Source: an uncultured Eubacteriales bacterium
GTDB taxonomy: Bacteria > Bacillota > Clostridia > Christensenellales > Borkfalkiaceae
Assembly: GCA_900543915.1 (NCBI GenBank)
Contig: UQTB01000006.1
Location: forward strand, 10,339 to 74,338
Direction of reading: 5' to 3'
Length of the DNA stretch: 64,000 bases
How positions within the stretch are numbered: the first letter of the stretch is position 1; every line of letters starts with the position of its first letter. The notes below the pieces were generated by a model. The model saw nothing but the letters and a program-made list of their open reading frames with translations, ran no database searches and had not been told where the DNA came from. This document shows, in pieces, positions 49,177 to 59,799 of the stretch. Position numbers and translations under genes: made by a program.

Positions 49177-49355
49177 TACAGATTCTGCGGAGCGCCCCTC
49201 AACGCACCGCGTCGGCAGGACGGAAAATCTGCCGCTTTCCCCCGGCATCCCCCCTCTGCCGTTGCCGCAGGTCGGGCGGCGGCGACGGAAACCCTTCCGC
49301 TCCTGCGCGGCGCAGGGCGAGCGCCTGTTTTTGCGCTTCCTGCAAAAAAATACTT

Positions 49356-49384
49356 GACCTATGCGAAAACGAATAGTATAATAG
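49356..49384 (+). promoter_or_regulatory. Promoter TTGACC-N17-TATAAT with a TATGC-N6-GAATA operator-like site in the spacer (controls small protein A)
   Basis: CTTGACCTATGCGAAAACGAATAGTATAATAG; the half-site TATGC matches four further sites beside the XRE gene. Confidence 0.55.
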
Positions 49385-49400
49385 AAAAAAAAGGTAAATT

Positions 49401-49662
49401 TATGAAAAACAGCAACACCGACTATCCCTTGCGGGAAAAACTCCGCCCTGTCGAAGAAACGCTGAACCGCTTGTTCCGGGCCGCCAAGGCAGACAGCGGA
49501 GCGGAAAAGCGCCTGTTGTACAGCGCCTATCTGCAGGCGGCTACAGACCTCGGCTACATCGTCGTGCAGGCGGACGACGAGCGCATCTTTTTGTTCGACA
49601 CGCTGTCCGTCTACTCCGGCGGCGGGGACGCGGTCGTGCACGAGGCGCTCCCGGCAGAGTGA
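49401..49662 (+). CDS. Hypothetical small protein A (87 aa), paralog of 49985-50245
   Basis: MKNSNTDYPLREKLRPVEETLNRLFRAAKADSGAEKRLLYSAYLQAATDLGYIVVQ... aligns with protein B (EKQLNELFREYL...KKRLYKDCLKDVTDRGYTVLQ). RBS AAAAGGTAAAT. The ORF-track start at 49141 is inside the repeat and rejected. Confidence 0.55.
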
Positions 49663-49666
49663 GCGT

Positions 49667-49891
49667 TCAGTCTTCCATGCCCAGGAGATATTCCGGGCGG
49701 ACGTCCAGCGTTTCGCAGATGAGTTTGAAATAGGAGATACCCGGCTCGTCTTCCCCGTTTACCCAGCGGCTCACGGTGGACTGGCTCACGCCGATCATTC
49801 TGGAAAACGCCAGCTGCGACAATTCTTTTTCTTTCAGCAAATCTTCGAAACGCTCACTAAATTCTTTCATAGATAACGATATTCTATGCAA
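49667..49891 (-). CDS. XRE-family (Cro/CI-type) HTH transcriptional regulator, 67-74 aa
   Basis: LSQLAFSRMIGVSQSTVSRWVNGEDEP helix-turn-helix. Convergent with protein A and divergent from protein B. Start at 49891 or 49870. Confidence 0.75.
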   Translation of the reverse strand: MHRISLSMKEFSERFEDLLKEKELSQLAFSRMIGVSQSTVSRWVNGEDEPGISYFKLICETLDVRPEYLLGMED

Positions 49892-49998
49892 AAACGCATA
49901 AAATAGCCAAAACTATGCGCAAGCGGATAAATAATAATTAAAAAATATGCGGAAAAGCATTATTTTCTCCGCTAACAGGAAATTATGCAAAACGAATC
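49884..49998 (+). promoter_or_regulatory. Cluster of four TATGC-N5/6-GCATA-like inverted repeats (candidate XRE operators) in the divergent intergenic region
   Basis: TATGCAAAAACGCATA (49885-49900), TATGCGCAAGCGGATA (49913-49928), TATGCGGAAAAGCATT (49936-49951), TATGCAAAACGAATC (49983-49997, overlapping the start codon of protein B). Confidence 0.5.
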
Positions 49999-50245
49999 TT
50001 TTGATCCGCGCGAAGCGGAAAAACAACTGAACGAACTGTTCCGTGAATATCTCGGCGAAGATCAGCCCGGAAAAGCGGAACAAAAAAAGCGCCTGTATAA
50101 AGACTGCCTCAAAGACGTGACGGATCGGGGATATACGGTCTTGCAGAACGTCCACAGGGGCATTCTGGTGACGAAGCGCGCCGTCATTTACTGTTCGGAA
50201 TCCAACGAAAAACTGCGGTATCTCCGGCAGAACGACGCGTTATAA
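49985..50245 (+). CDS. Hypothetical small protein B (86 aa), paralog of 49401-49662
   Basis: RBS AGGAAATT precedes the ATG. It shares the helical N-half and the GY(T/I)V(L/V)Q beta-rich C-half with protein A. Confidence 0.55.
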   Translation: MQNESFDPREAEKQLNELFREYLGEDQPGKAEQKKRLYKDCLKDVTDRGYTVLQNVHRGILVTKRAVIYCSESNEKLRYLRQNDAL

Positions 50246-50344
50246 CGAGCCGCCGGGCATAAATTGCCGGCGTTCATGCGGCGATGGCGGCACTTCGTCA
50301 CGCCTGTTTGTTGCGTCCGCTGTGCCGTAACTGTTTTTTCAAAG

Positions 50345-50652
50345 CGAATCAAGATCCACTGGCTAAGCCGGTGGTTTTTCAGTTTCGGGCGGTTAGCCCT
50401 AATACTGCCCTGCGCGCGCATACGACGCCCCGGCAGTCATGCAATCGTCACTTGTTACCCGTCAACGCGCCCCTTTCGGCATGTTGTTCTTCCCCGATTG
50501 CTTCGCTCTTTTTTCTTTATAAAGAGGCTCTTTCCTCTCTTTTTCCCCGCCCTGCTCCTCTTTTTTGTGCATCGGCAAAGCCTGTCTTAAACCGGCGGAC
50601 TATCCGCGGGGTCTGACATAAAAGGAACCCCTTCCCGCCGCGGGAAGGGGTT
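50345..50652 (+). repeat. Dispersed non-coding repeat family 1, copy B (~310 bp), ending in a bidirectional terminator
   Basis: CCACTGGCTAAGCCGGTGGTTTTTCAGTTTCGGGCGGTTAGCCCTAATACTGCC... is collinear with 6965-7276. It ends CCCCTTCCCGCCGCGGGAAGGGGTTTTAATTTTTTT, a hairpin with T-runs on both strands. Confidence 0.7.
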
Positions 50653-51216
50653 TTAATTTTTTTCTTTCCGGTTTTTTTTCTCGCGCGGCTCCCCCCGCTG
50701 AAAGGAGAGAATCTTCTGCGCGTACAGCTTGCTCGCAATGGAGGTCGCCGCATATTTCAGCGCGAGGTCGGTGTAGTCGCCGTCCAGCGAAATCTCCTCC
50801 ACCGGTTCGCCCACCAGACAGCAGGCGCGCAGCGCTTTCTCCTGCTCGTCGCAGAAATAATTATAGACCTGCTTCTCGTTTTTGCCTTCGAGCAGCGTAT
50901 CGACCAGCTGCTTGATCTCGTCCAGCCGCAAAACCTGTTTCAGAAAACAGACCGCGTAGATATATGCGAGATGGCGGCGGTTGTACTTCTTCCCTTCCGG
51001 CGGCGGAACGATGCCGAACTTCACGTAGTTGTTGATCATGGAAGACGTGATGATGTTGTCTTCCGGATCGATTTTGAAAACAGAAAGCTGCCGGGACAGA
51101 TACGCGAGCACCTGATCCATATATAAGTCGAGATCGGGAAATTCATTGCTCCTGATGATATGAAAGTGCTCGATTGTCTTATTGAATTCGATAAGCTCCC
51201 TCGTCTGATCGCTCAT
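50653..51216 (-). CDS. DUF1836 domain-containing protein
   Basis: 187 aa. The core SSMINNYVKFGIVPPPEGKKYNRRHLAYIYAVCFLKQVLRLDEIKQL matches the DUF1836 family, which is characteristically encoded next to DegV genes. Confidence 0.65.
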   Translation of the reverse strand: MSDQTRELIEFNKTIEHFHIIRSNEFPDLDLYMDQVLAYLSRQLSVFKIDPEDNIITSSMINNYVKFGIVPPPEGKKYNRRHLAYIYAVCFLKQVLRLDEIKQLVDTLLEGKNEKQVYNYFCDEQEKALRACCLVGEPVEEISLDGDYTDLALKYAATSIASKLYAQKILSFQRGEPREKKNRKEKN

Positions 51217-51338
51217 AGCCCCTCCTGTCTGCCATTATTTTACCACATTGCCGAAATAATTGCAAATGTTTCGGCAAAATACTTGACTTCGTATCCGTAT
51301 TCATGTATTATGGTATCAAATACTAGATAGGAGGAGCA

Positions 51339-52022
51339 ATGAAACAAACCGTTATCCTGGGCGACTCCATCTTCAAGGGAGTATTGCTCGCCGCAGACGA
51401 AAACCGCTACTACGTATCGCGCGAAATCGACTGGGCGGCAATCGGGCGGGAATTCGGCGCCGATATCCGCAACCTTTCCAAAATGGGATGCCGTACCACC
51501 CATGCGCCCGAAATCCTGAAAAAATACCTCGAAAAAAACGACCGGCCGGAAGTCATCGTCATAGAGCTCGGCGGAAACGACTGCGATTACGACTGGAAGA
51601 CGGTGGCGAAAAGCCCTTCCCGCGCGTACCAGCCGCTCACGCCCTTCGGCCAATTTCAGGAAAATTACCGCGCGCTGATCGCGCTGGCGCAGGCGAACGC
51701 CGGGAAAGTGATCCTCGTCAACCTGCCGCCGATCGACGAAAAGAGCTATTTCGAGTGGATTACGCGCAAAGGAGAAAGCCGGGAAAATATCCTGTACTTT
51801 TTGCATGACGACATCGGCCGCATTTACCGCGATCAGGAAATGTATTCCGAGCGCATCGGCAAGCTCGCCGCGGAGACGGGCTGCAAGCTGATCGATATCC
51901 GCTGTTCCTTTCTGCAATGCGGGGACTACCGCCCCCTGCTCTGCCGGGACGGCATTCATCCGAACAGCGCCGGGCACCAAAATATTATCAGAACTTTCGG
52001 CGAGGAGCTCGCCGCATCATAA
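51339..52022 (+). CDS. SGNH/GDSL-family hydrolase
   Basis: Block I ILGDSIFKG (GDS), block III GGNDCDY (GxND), block V DGIHPN (DxxH); RBS GGAGGAG. The overlapping minus-strand 246-aa ORF is artefactual. Confidence 0.8.
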   Translation: MKQTVILGDSIFKGVLLAADENRYYVSREIDWAAIGREFGADIRNLSKMGCRTTHAPEILKKYLEKNDRPEVIVIELGGNDCDYDWKTVAKSPSRAYQPLTPFGQFQENYRALIALAQANAGKVILVNLPPIDEKSYFEWITRKGESRENILYFLHDDIGRIYRDQEMYSERIGKLAAETGCKLIDIRCSFLQCGDYRPLLCRDGIHPNSAGHQNIIRTFGEELAAS

Positions 52023-52045
52023 AAGAACAGAAGGAGGAGTTCAAA

Positions 52046-52909
52046 ATGAAACTTGCCGTAACGGCGGAAACCACCATCGACCTGACGCCCGCGCTTCTTG
52101 AGGAGTTCGACATCAGAACCATTCCCCTGGGCATCACCCTGGAGGGCAAAGATATGAAGGACGGCGAAATGACGACGGACGAAATGTTCGAATACGTCGC
52201 GAAAACGGGCGTTCTGCCCAAGACCAACGCCGTCAACGAATTTGAATACGGCGAGCTGTTCACATCTCTGCTGAAGGAATACGACGGCGTCGTACATATC
52301 TCCATTTCGTCGGAGATCAGCAGCTGCTGCGCGAATGCGAAGAGCGCCGCGGAAAAGCTGAATAACGTCTTCGTCGTGGACAGCCGTTCCCTCTCCACGG
52401 GGATCGCTCAGCTCGCGATCTATGCGAGAAATCTGTCGCAAACCGATCTCAGCGCAAAGGAAATTTACGAAAAGGTACAGGCCCGCACCGCAATGCTGCA
52501 GGTCTCCTTCGAGCTCGAACGGCTGGACTATCTCTATAAGGGCGGCAGATGCTCCAGTCTGCAGTTTTTCGGGGCGAACCTGCTCAAGCTCCGCCCCCGC
52601 ATCATGGTGAAGGACGGCAAAATGGGCGCGGATAAAAAGTACCGCGGCAAAATCGAGCTGGTAGTACGCAAATACTGCCGCGACACGCTGAACGAGTACA
52701 ATACGCCGGACAAGAGCCTGGTCTTTATCACCTATACGACGGCTACGCCCGAAATGCTGAACGAGGCGACGAGCGCCTGCAAGGAAGCGGGATTCGAGCG
52801 GATCGAGTATACCCGCGCCGGCGGCACGATCTCCAGCCACTGCGGCGAGCACACGCTGGGCATCCTCTATTTCAACGACGGCCCCGAAAAAATCGAAGTT
52901 TCCAACTGA
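52046..52909 (+). CDS. DegV-family fatty-acid-binding protein (paralog 1)
   Basis: MKLAVTAETTIDL..., DegV/EDD fold, conserved C-terminal GTISSHCGEHTLGILYFNDG; RBS AAGGAGGAG. The ORF-track start at 51917 is an upstream extension. Confidence 0.85.
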   Translation: MKLAVTAETTIDLTPALLEEFDIRTIPLGITLEGKDMKDGEMTTDEMFEYVAKTGVLPKTNAVNEFEYGELFTSLLKEYDGVVHISISSEISSCCANAKSAAEKLNNVFVVDSRSLSTGIAQLAIYARNLSQTDLSAKEIYEKVQARTAMLQVSFELERLDYLYKGGRCSSLQFFGANLLKLRPRIMVKDGKMGADKKYRGKIELVVRKYCRDTLNEYNTPDKSLVFITYTTATPEMLNEATSACKEAGFERIEYTRAGGTISSHCGEHTLGILYFNDGPEKIEVSN

Positions 52910-53030
52910 CCCCGTCCGCCCGGAGCAATCCGGGCGTTTTTTTTGTTGAACCGGCGAAATTTTGATCAAAATGATTTTCATTTTTCCAAAAGTATGGTAT
53001 ACTTTGTAAAAACGAGGGAGGAAAACGAAC

Positions 53031-53891
53031 GTGAAAATCGCAATATCCGCCGAAACTACGCTGGACATGCCCCTTGAAATGCGGGAACAATACGACGTGC
53101 ATGTCATTCCCTACGGCATTGTGCTCGGCGGCGAAGAATTTTTCGACGGCAAGTATTCGACGGAAGAGATCTTTGAAAAAGTCAAAGAGCTGGACGAACT
53201 GCCCAAGACCAACGCCATCAACGCCTATACCTACGGCGAATATTTCAAAGAGCTGCTGAAAGAATACGACGGCGTCGTACATGTGTGTTTATCCGGGGGA
53301 ATCACCTCTTCCACCGAGAACGCAAAGGCGGCGGCGGGAGAGCTGAAAAACGTATACGTCGTCGACAGCAGGTCGCTTTCGACGGGCATTTCTCTGCTCG
53401 TCTTATACGCCCGCCGGCTGGCGGATCAGGGGCTTTCTCCCAAAGACGTCTACGAAAAAGTGCAGGCGCGCGCGGAGAAGCTCCAGGTTTCTTTCGTCAT
53501 CGAGCGGCTGGACTACCTCTACAAGGGCGGCAGATGCTCCAGCCTGCAGCTTCTGGGCGCCAATCTCTTGAAACTCCGCCCCCGCATTATTCTGAAGGAC
53601 GGCAAGATGATCTCCGATAAAAAATACCGCGGCAGGATGGAACAGGTCGTCGCAAAATACTGTACAGATACGCTCAACGAGTTCAACACGCCGGATAAAA
53701 GCGAGGTGTTCCTCACCTACACGACCGCCACGCCCGAGATGGTAGCGGCGGCGCGCGGAGTACTGAAAAAGGCGGGCTTTGAGACGGTCTACGAGACGCA
53801 CGCGGGCGGCACCATCGGAAGCCACTGCGGCGAACATACGCTCGGTATCCTCTACTTCAACGACGGAACGGACACGGTTTTTATCGACTGA
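53031..53891 (+). CDS. DegV-family fatty-acid-binding protein (paralog 2)
   Basis: GTG start with GAGGGAGG RBS; about 60% identical to paralog 1 (GGRCSSLQ, TATPEM, GSHCGEHTLGILYFNDG). Confidence 0.85.
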   Translation: MKIAISAETTLDMPLEMREQYDVHVIPYGIVLGGEEFFDGKYSTEEIFEKVKELDELPKTNAINAYTYGEYFKELLKEYDGVVHVCLSGGITSSTENAKAAAGELKNVYVVDSRSLSTGISLLVLYARRLADQGLSPKDVYEKVQARAEKLQVSFVIERLDYLYKGGRCSSLQLLGANLLKLRPRIILKDGKMISDKKYRGRMEQVVAKYCTDTLNEFNTPDKSEVFLTYTTATPEMVAAARGVLKKAGFETVYETHAGGTIGSHCGEHTLGILYFNDGTDTVFID

Positions 53892-53920
53892 TCGCATTTT
53901 GAAAGAGTTTTCCAATAAAG

Positions 53921-53950
53921 GACAGCGTTGTTTCGCTGTTCTTTTTTTTT
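53921..53950 (+). terminator. Intrinsic terminator after degV paralog 2
   Basis: GACAGCGTTGTTTCGCTGTT hairpin followed by CTTTTTTTTT. Confidence 0.65.
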
Positions 53951-53954
53951 GTCA

Positions 53955-54255
53955 AAAGAAAACCACGCGATAAAGGCATGGTTAAAAAAAGGCTTTGCCG
54001 ATGCACAAAAAAGAGAAGGAAAAACAAGAATAAAAAAGGAAAGAGAAAAGGAAAAAGAGCAACCAAGAAAGCGGAGCAGGACAAAGGAGAAGAAAGGAAA
54101 GCGCAGAAAAGACCCGTTTACGGGCAGCAAGTAACAAATGTGTGACTGGCAGGTCAATCATAAGCGCACTTGTGCGCCGCCTGTATCGATTAGAGCTATG
54201 CCCGAAATTGTAATACCCCCCGCCTTGCGGATGGATTATTTTTTTGACGCGTTCC
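53955..54255 (-). repeat. Dispersed non-coding repeat family 1, copy C (reverse orientation, more diverged)
   Basis: The reverse complement carries TTTCGGGCATAGCTCTAATCG...CCAGTCACACATTTGTTACTTGCTGCCCGTAAACGG...CTCTTTTTTGTGCATCGGCAAAGCC; the last 25 nt are identical to copy B, and the rest is collinear with copies A and B. Confidence 0.6.
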
Positions 54256-54672
54256 CCTGAATAAAATGAGCCAACAAGCTCCACAGCGCTCCCGCATCCT
54301 TCCTGAAATCTTATAGCAAATTAAATTTCCCTTTCCGACAAACCGAATCGCGCCGCTTCCTCCCGCGCGCCGGAACCGCGTCCGAAATTCCGTTCCCCCT
54401 GTTTCAGGAGTGTCTTATGAACCCCCGTGCGCACCGCCGTCCATTGCCCCTGTAAAAAGGCTCCGTTCCCCGCCTTTACGCATAACAGCGCAATCCCGAC
54501 AGCAAAGAATTTCCTTCAACATACCGCTCTTTTGCGCAGATCATGATAAATCGGGAAAACCCCCGGCTTAATCATAAGCCGGGGGAGCAATCTAACAGCA
54601 AGTATAATAGCCGCGGCGTTCTGATTTCTCCCTAAAACAGAGGAATAACAAGTGAAAACGCGCGCTTTAATT

Positions 54673-57486
54673 TTATAAAATCTTCTTCAAAAACTGCCCG
54701 GTAAAGCTCTCGTTTACCGCGGCGACCTCTTCCGGCGTGCCGCAGGCGACCACCGTTCCGCCGCCCGAACCGCCTTCCGGTCCCAGATCGACGATATAGT
54801 CCGCAATCTTGATGATATCCAGGTTGTGCTCGATGACGATGACGGTATTGCCGCCCGTCCGCAGCCGCTGTAAAATTTCAGCCAGCTTCTGTACGTCGTA
54901 GCTGTGCAGTCCGGTCGTCGGCTCGTCCAGAATATAGAGCGTCCTGCCGGTGGGGCGCTTTGACAGCTCGGTCGCCAGCTTGACCCGCTGCGCCTCCCCG
55001 CCCGAAAGCGTGGTGGAGGACTGCCCCAGCTTGATGTATCCAAGGCCTACGTCCTTGAGCGTCTTGATCTTGTTGTAGATGGAAGAGAGGTTCTGGAAGA
55101 AGTCGCACGCCTCGTCCACCGTCATTTCCAGCACGTCGTTGATGCTTTTTCCCTTGTATTTGACCTGTAAAGTCTCTCTGTTGTAGCGCTTGCCCTTGCA
55201 GACCTCGCAGGGAACATAGATATCCGGCAGAAAGTGCATTTCGATCCTGATGATGCCGTCCCCCGAGCAGTGCTCGCAGCGCCCGCCCGCGACGTTGAAG
55301 GAAAAGCGCCCGGACTTGTATCCGCGCTCCTTCGCGTCCGGCGTGGAGGCGAAGAGATCCCGGATGGCCGTAAACACCCCCGTATAGGTCGCCGGATTGC
55401 TGCGCGGCGTGCGCCCGATCGGCGACTGGTCGATGTCGATCACCTTGTCAAAGTGCTCAATTCCCTCGATGCGTTCATAAGCACCTGCGCGCACGCGCGC
55501 CTTGTTCAGCTCGGTCGCGAGCACGGGATAGACGATCTCGTTGACCAGCGAGCTCTTGCCCGACCCCGAAACGCCCGTCACCGCGGTGATCAGCCCGACG
55601 GGAAAGGAGACGTCGATATGCTTCAGGTTGTTCTGCGCCGCCCCCACAACGGTCAGCCACTTGTCCCCCGCGGGCTGACGGAAGGCGGGAACTTCGATCT
55701 TCCGCCGCCCGGCGAGATAATCGCCGGTGATCGAGCGGGGACTGTTCATCACTTCCTCCGCCGTGCCGCAGGCGACGACTTCCCCGCCGTGAATGCCGGC
55801 ATAGGGACCGATGTCGACGATATAGTCGGCGGCGCGCATGGTATCCTCGTCGTGCTCGACGACGATCAGGGAATTGCCCAGATCCCGCAGATGTTTGAGC
55901 GTGGAAAGCAGTTTTTCGTTGTCTCGCTGATGAAGCCCGATGGAGGGCTCGTCCAAAATATACAGAACGCCGGTCAGCCCCGAGCCGATCTGGGTCGCCA
56001 GGCGGATGCGCTGCGCCTCCCCGCCCGATAGCGTGCCCGCGCTGCGCGAGAGCGTCAGATAGCCCAGGCCGACGTCCGTCAGGAAGGAGAGCCGCGCCCT
56101 GATTTCCTTTAAAATGGAATCGGCGATCAGCATATCGGTCGGCGAAAGCACGAGATTTCCGATGAATTCGGACAGCCGGTCGACGGGCATGTCGCAGAGC
56201 TCCGCGATGTTCTTTCCCCCGATGAGGACGGAGAGCGCCTCTTTTTTCAGGCGTTTTCCGCGGCAGGTCTCGCAGGGGGAGGTCGTCATATATTTTTCGA
56301 TCTCGCTCTTCGTATAATCGGATGTCGTTTCGCGGTACCGCCGCGCGAGGTTGGGAATAATCCCCTCCCACGCGGATTCATAGCTCCCCGAAAAGGCGCG
56401 CGTGGCATATTCCAGCCTGATCTTTTCGCCGTTGTTGCCGTACAGCAGCATGTGATAGATCTCCGCAGGGAGATCCTTGACGGGCGTATCCAGGCTGAAA
56501 TGATAGTGTTTGGCGAGCGCCGTAAAATACATCTCGGTCATCTTGCCCGTGTCGAGATTCCACCCGGTAATGGTCATCGCCCCCTCGCGCAGGGACTTGT
56601 CCCGGTTCGGCACCACCAGTTTTTCGTCCAGTTCCATGCGGAAGCCCAGCCCCGCACAGTCCGGGCAGGCGCCGAAGGGATTGTTGAAGGAAAAGAGCCG
56701 CGGCTCGATCTCCTCAATGCTGATATTGCACACGGGGCAGGCGTATTTTGTGGAATAGAGCTCCTCTTTCCCCTCGCAGGATATGACGACCAGTCCTTCC
56801 GCCAGCTTGAGCGCCGTTTCCAGGCTGTCCGTCAGCCGCTGTTCGATTCCGCCCTTGACGACGAGGCGGTCCACGACCACGGAGATATTGTGCTTGACGT
56901 TTTTATCCAGCTTAATCTCTTCGTCCAGCGCGTAAACGATGCCGTCCACTTCCGCGCGGGCGTAGCCTGCCTTGCGGTAGCCTTCCAGCTGTTTGGAATA
57001 TTCGCCCTTTCTGCCCCGCACGACGGGCGCGTTGACCAAAATCTTGCTCCCCTCGGGCATCGCCATCACCTTGTCCGCGATCTGATCTACCGTCTGCCGT
57101 TCGATCCTGCGGCCGCATTTCGGGCAGTGCGGTTCGCCCACGCGCGCGAACAAAAGACGGAAATAATCGTAAATTTCCGTCACCGTGCCCACCGTGGAGC
57201 GGGGATTATTGGATGTGGTCTTCTGGTCGATGGAAATGGCGGGAGACAAACCCTCGATGGACTCGACGTCCGGCTTTTCCATCTGTCCCAGAAACATGCG
57301 CGCGTAGCTCGACAGGCTCTCCACATAGCGCCGCTGCCCTTCCGCGAAGATCGTCTCGAACGCGAGCGTGGACTTTCCGCTCCCCGAGACCCCGGTGAAC
57401 ACCACCAGCTTTTCGCGGGGGACCGTAAGATCGATATTTTTCAGATTATTTTCCTTCGCACCTTTGATTCTGATATATTCCTGCAT
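54673..57486 (-). CDS. uvrA: Excinuclease ABC subunit A
   Basis: 937 aa with two ABC ATPase modules ([23 protein letters not shown]) and zinc-finger Cys clusters; start [20 protein letters not shown]. Confidence 0.95.
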   Translation of the reverse strand: MQEYIRIKGAKENNLKNIDLTVPREKLVVFTGVSGSGKSTLAFETIFAEGQRRYVESLSSYARMFLGQMEKPDVESIEGLSPAISIDQKTTSNNPRSTVGTVTEIYDYFRLLFARVGEPHCPKCGRRIERQTVDQIADKVMAMPEGSKILVNAPVVRGRKGEYSKQLEGYRKAGYARAEVDGIVYALDEEIKLDKNVKHNISVVVDRLVVKGGIEQRLTDSLETALKLAEGLVVISCEGKEELYSTKYACPVCNISIEEIEPRLFSFNNPFGACPDCAGLGFRMELDEKLVVPNRDKSLREGAMTITGWNLDTGKMTEMYFTALAKHYHFSLDTPVKDLPAEIYHMLLYGNNGEKIRLEYATRAFSGSYESAWEGIIPNLARRYRETTSDYTKSEIEKYMTTSPCETCRGKRLKKEALSVLIGGKNIAELCDMPVDRLSEFIGNLVLSPTDMLIADSILKEIRARLSFLTDVGLGYLTLSRSAGTLSGGEAQRIRLATQIGSGLTGVLYILDEPSIGLHQRDNEKLLSTLKHLRDLGNSLIVVEHDEDTMRAADYIVDIGPYAGIHGGEVVACGTAEEVMNSPRSITGDYLAGRRKIEVPAFRQPAGDKWLTVVGAAQNNLKHIDVSFPVGLITAVTGVSGSGKSSLVNEIVYPVLATELNKARVRAGAYERIEGIEHFDKVIDIDQSPIGRTPRSNPATYTGVFTAIRDLFASTPDAKERGYKSGRFSFNVAGGRCEHCSGDGIIRIEMHFLPDIYVPCEVCKGKRYNRETLQVKYKGKSINDVLEMTVDEACDFFQNLSSIYNKIKTLKDVGLGYIKLGQSSTTLSGGEAQRVKLATELSKRPTGRTLYILDEPTTGLHSYDVQKLAEILQRLRTGGNTVIVIEHNLDIIKIADYIVDLGPEGGSGGGTVVACGTPEEVAAVNESFTGQFLKKIL

Positions 57487-57487
57487 C

Positions 57488-59443
57488 TCACTTTCTCATC
57501 TTCAATTTCAGTTTTGCCAGCGTGTCCCTGATCTCGATACAGCGCTCGAAATCCAGATTCGCAGAGGCGACCTTCATGAGCGCCTTCAGTTTCTCTATTT
57601 CGTCCGGGATATCCTTGGCGGCGATCTCCGCGGTGCGGTCCACCTTGCGGGTGATCTCCAGCGTGTTTCCGATCTCTTTGACGATGGTTTTCGGAATAAT
57701 GCCGTGTTTTTTATTATACTCGTCCTGCACGGCGCGGCGGCGCTCGGTCTCGCGGATCGCGCGCTCCATGCTCCCCGTCACAACGTCCGCATACATGACG
57801 ACCTTTCCCTCGCTGTTCCGCGCGGCCCGGCCGATGGTCTGAATCATCGCGGTTTCGCTCCGCAAAAAGCCCTCTTTGTCCGCGTCCAGTATGGCGACCA
57901 GCTTCACCTCCGGCAGGTCCAGCCCTTCCCGCAGAAGGTTGATCCCCACCAGCACGTCGAAATCGCCCTTCCGAAGCCCTGTCACAATGTCGATGCGCTC
58001 GAGCGTGTCGATATCCGAATGCATATAGCGCACCTTGACGCCGTTTTCCTTCAGATATTCGGTCAGGCTCTCCGCCATCTTCTTGGTGAGCGTCGTGACG
58101 AGGACGCGGCTCTTGTCCTCCGCCGCACGGCGGATCTCGGAGAGCAGATCGTCGATCTGCCCCTTAGTGGGGCGCACTTCCACGACGGGATCCAACAGGC
58201 CGGTCGGGCGGATGAGCTGTTCCACCACCTGCCCCGCCTGCCCCAGTTCGTAGGGCGCGGGCGTCGCGGAGACGCACACCATCTGCCCCACGCGCGCGTC
58301 GAATTCGTCAAACGTGAGCGGCCGGTTGTCGTACGCAGACCGGATGCGGAAACCGTAGTTGACGAGGTTGGTCTTGCGGGAGAGGTCGCCCGCGTACATC
58401 GCCCGGATCTGCGGGATGGTCATGTGGCTCTCGTCGATGAACAGCAGGAAATCGCCCGGAAAATAGTCCAGAAGCGTAAAGGGCGGCTCGCCCGGGCTTC
58501 TGCCGTCGAAGTAACGGGAATAGTTCTCCACGCCCTTGCAGTAGCCGATCTCGCGCATCATCTCGATATCGTAGCGCGTCCGCTGATTCAGCCGCTGCGC
58601 TTCCAGCAGTTTCCCTTCTGCCTGAAAGGCGGCGACTTCTCCGTTCAGATCCTCCTCGATGGCGACCAGGCTGTTCTTCAGCTTTTCGCTCTCCACCGCA
58701 TAGTGGCTGGCGGGGAACACGACGGCGTGCTTTAACTCGGATATGACCTTTCCCGTGACGAACTCCGCCTCGCAGACGCGCTCCACTTCGTCCCCGAAAA
58801 ATTCCACCCTCAGTACGATCTCGGTATTTCCGGACGGAAAAATATCCACCGTATCTCCCCTTACGCGGAAGGAAGAACGGGTAAAATCCACGTCTTTCCG
58901 CGCGTACTGGATGGAAACCAGCTTCCGCATCAGTTCGTTGGGGCTCATCTCCATGCCCGGCCGGATGGAGACCGCCAGGCGGTAATATTCCTCCGGCGCG
59001 CCCAGCCCGTAAATGCAGGAAACGGAGGCGACCACGATGACGTCTCTCCGCTCCGCCAGCGAACAGGTTGCGGAATGACGCAGTTTGTCGATCTCGTCGT
59101 TGATGGCGAGATCCTTTTCGATATAAGTATCCGTGCTGGGAATGTACGATTCAGGCTGATAGTAGTCGTAATAGGAAACGAAAAACTCCACGCGGTTCTC
59201 GGGGAAAAACTCCCGGAACTCGTTGCACAGCTGCGCGGCGAGCGTCTTGTTGTGCGCGATCACGAGCGCGGGGCGGCCGCAGTTTTTGATGACGTTCGCC
59301 ATCGTGAAGGTCTTGCCGCTCCCCGTCACGCCCAGAAGCACCTGCGTGCGAAGTCCGTCCCGAATTCCCTCGGTGAGCTTTTCGATCGCCTGCGGCTGAT
59401 CGCCGGTCGGCTGAAATTTGGAATGTAAGACAAATTCTTTCAT
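57488..59443 (-). CDS. uvrB: Excinuclease ABC subunit B
   Basis: True start [23 protein letters not shown] at 59443. Helicase motifs ([13 protein letters not shown]) and the C-terminal UvrB/UvrC interaction helix. The ORF-track 832-aa version carries a 181-aa artefactual N-terminal extension. Confidence 0.95.
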   Translation of the reverse strand: MKEFVLHSKFQPTGDQPQAIEKLTEGIRDGLRTQVLLGVTGSGKTFTMANVIKNCGRPALVIAHNKTLAAQLCNEFREFFPENRVEFFVSYYDYYQPESYIPSTDTYIEKDLAINDEIDKLRHSATCSLAERRDVIVVASVSCIYGLGAPEEYYRLAVSIRPGMEMSPNELMRKLVSIQYARKDVDFTRSSFRVRGDTVDIFPSGNTEIVLRVEFFGDEVERVCEAEFVTGKVISELKHAVVFPASHYAVESEKLKNSLVAIEEDLNGEVAAFQAEGKLLEAQRLNQRTRYDIEMMREIGYCKGVENYSRYFDGRSPGEPPFTLLDYFPGDFLLFIDESHMTIPQIRAMYAGDLSRKTNLVNYGFRIRSAYDNRPLTFDEFDARVGQMVCVSATPAPYELGQAGQVVEQLIRPTGLLDPVVEVRPTKGQIDDLLSEIRRAAEDKSRVLVTTLTKKMAESLTEYLKENGVKVRYMHSDIDTLERIDIVTGLRKGDFDVLVGINLLREGLDLPEVKLVAILDADKEGFLRSETAMIQTIGRAARNSEGKVVMYADVVTGSMERAIRETERRRAVQDEYNKKHGIIPKTIVKEIGNTLEITRKVDRTAEIAAKDIPDEIEKLKALMKVASANLDFERCIEIRDTLAKLKLKMRK

Positions 59444-59799
59444 GTAAAAATAGCCCTTAAAATCAACCCGATCACAAAGCTGACGGCGGCGAGCGCGACC
59501 GTAACGCCGATCCGGAAGAAGAGATTTCTCTTTTGCACCTGTTTGCTCCTGAAATACCCCTGCCCCTTGGCATGCAGGGTCACGCAGTAAACGCGCTCCC
59601 CCTTCCGGTCCGAATAGACGATATCCAGATAATCGTCCATTTCCAGCGCGGAAAGCACGCGCTCCAGGCGGTCCTCCGTAAAGCCCTCCCGCTTTTTCAG
59701 GGAAGCGAGGAGATCCTGCGGCGTGATCAGCGTGCAGTCTTTTCCGCCGCAGAAGCGCAGCACGGCGGTCAGCACGGCGTCCTCCCGCGCGCTCAGCAT
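59440..59799 (-). CDS. Hypothetical small protein: winged-helix-like N-domain + C-terminal TM anchor (119 aa); paralog of the upstream gene
   Basis: [62 protein letters not shown]...TM helix. GGAGG RBS. Its stop overlaps the uvrB start (translational coupling). Confidence 0.55.
   Translation of the reverse strand: MLSAREDAVLTAVLRFCGGKDCTLITPQDLLASLKKREGFTEDRLERVLSALEMDDYLDIVYSDRKGERVYCVTLHAKGQGYFRSKQVQKRNLFFRIGVTVALAAVSFVIGLILRAIFT

Noticed and set aside
51240-53107. Minus-strand ORFs 51240-51980 (246 aa) and 51956-53107 (383 aa)
   Set aside because: They are antisense to the SGNH hydrolase and DegV genes, which have RBSs and family motifs.
55234-58735. Plus-strand ORFs inside uvrA and uvrB (55234-56031, 56452-57531, 57368-58735)
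   Set aside because: They are antisense to uvrA and uvrB.
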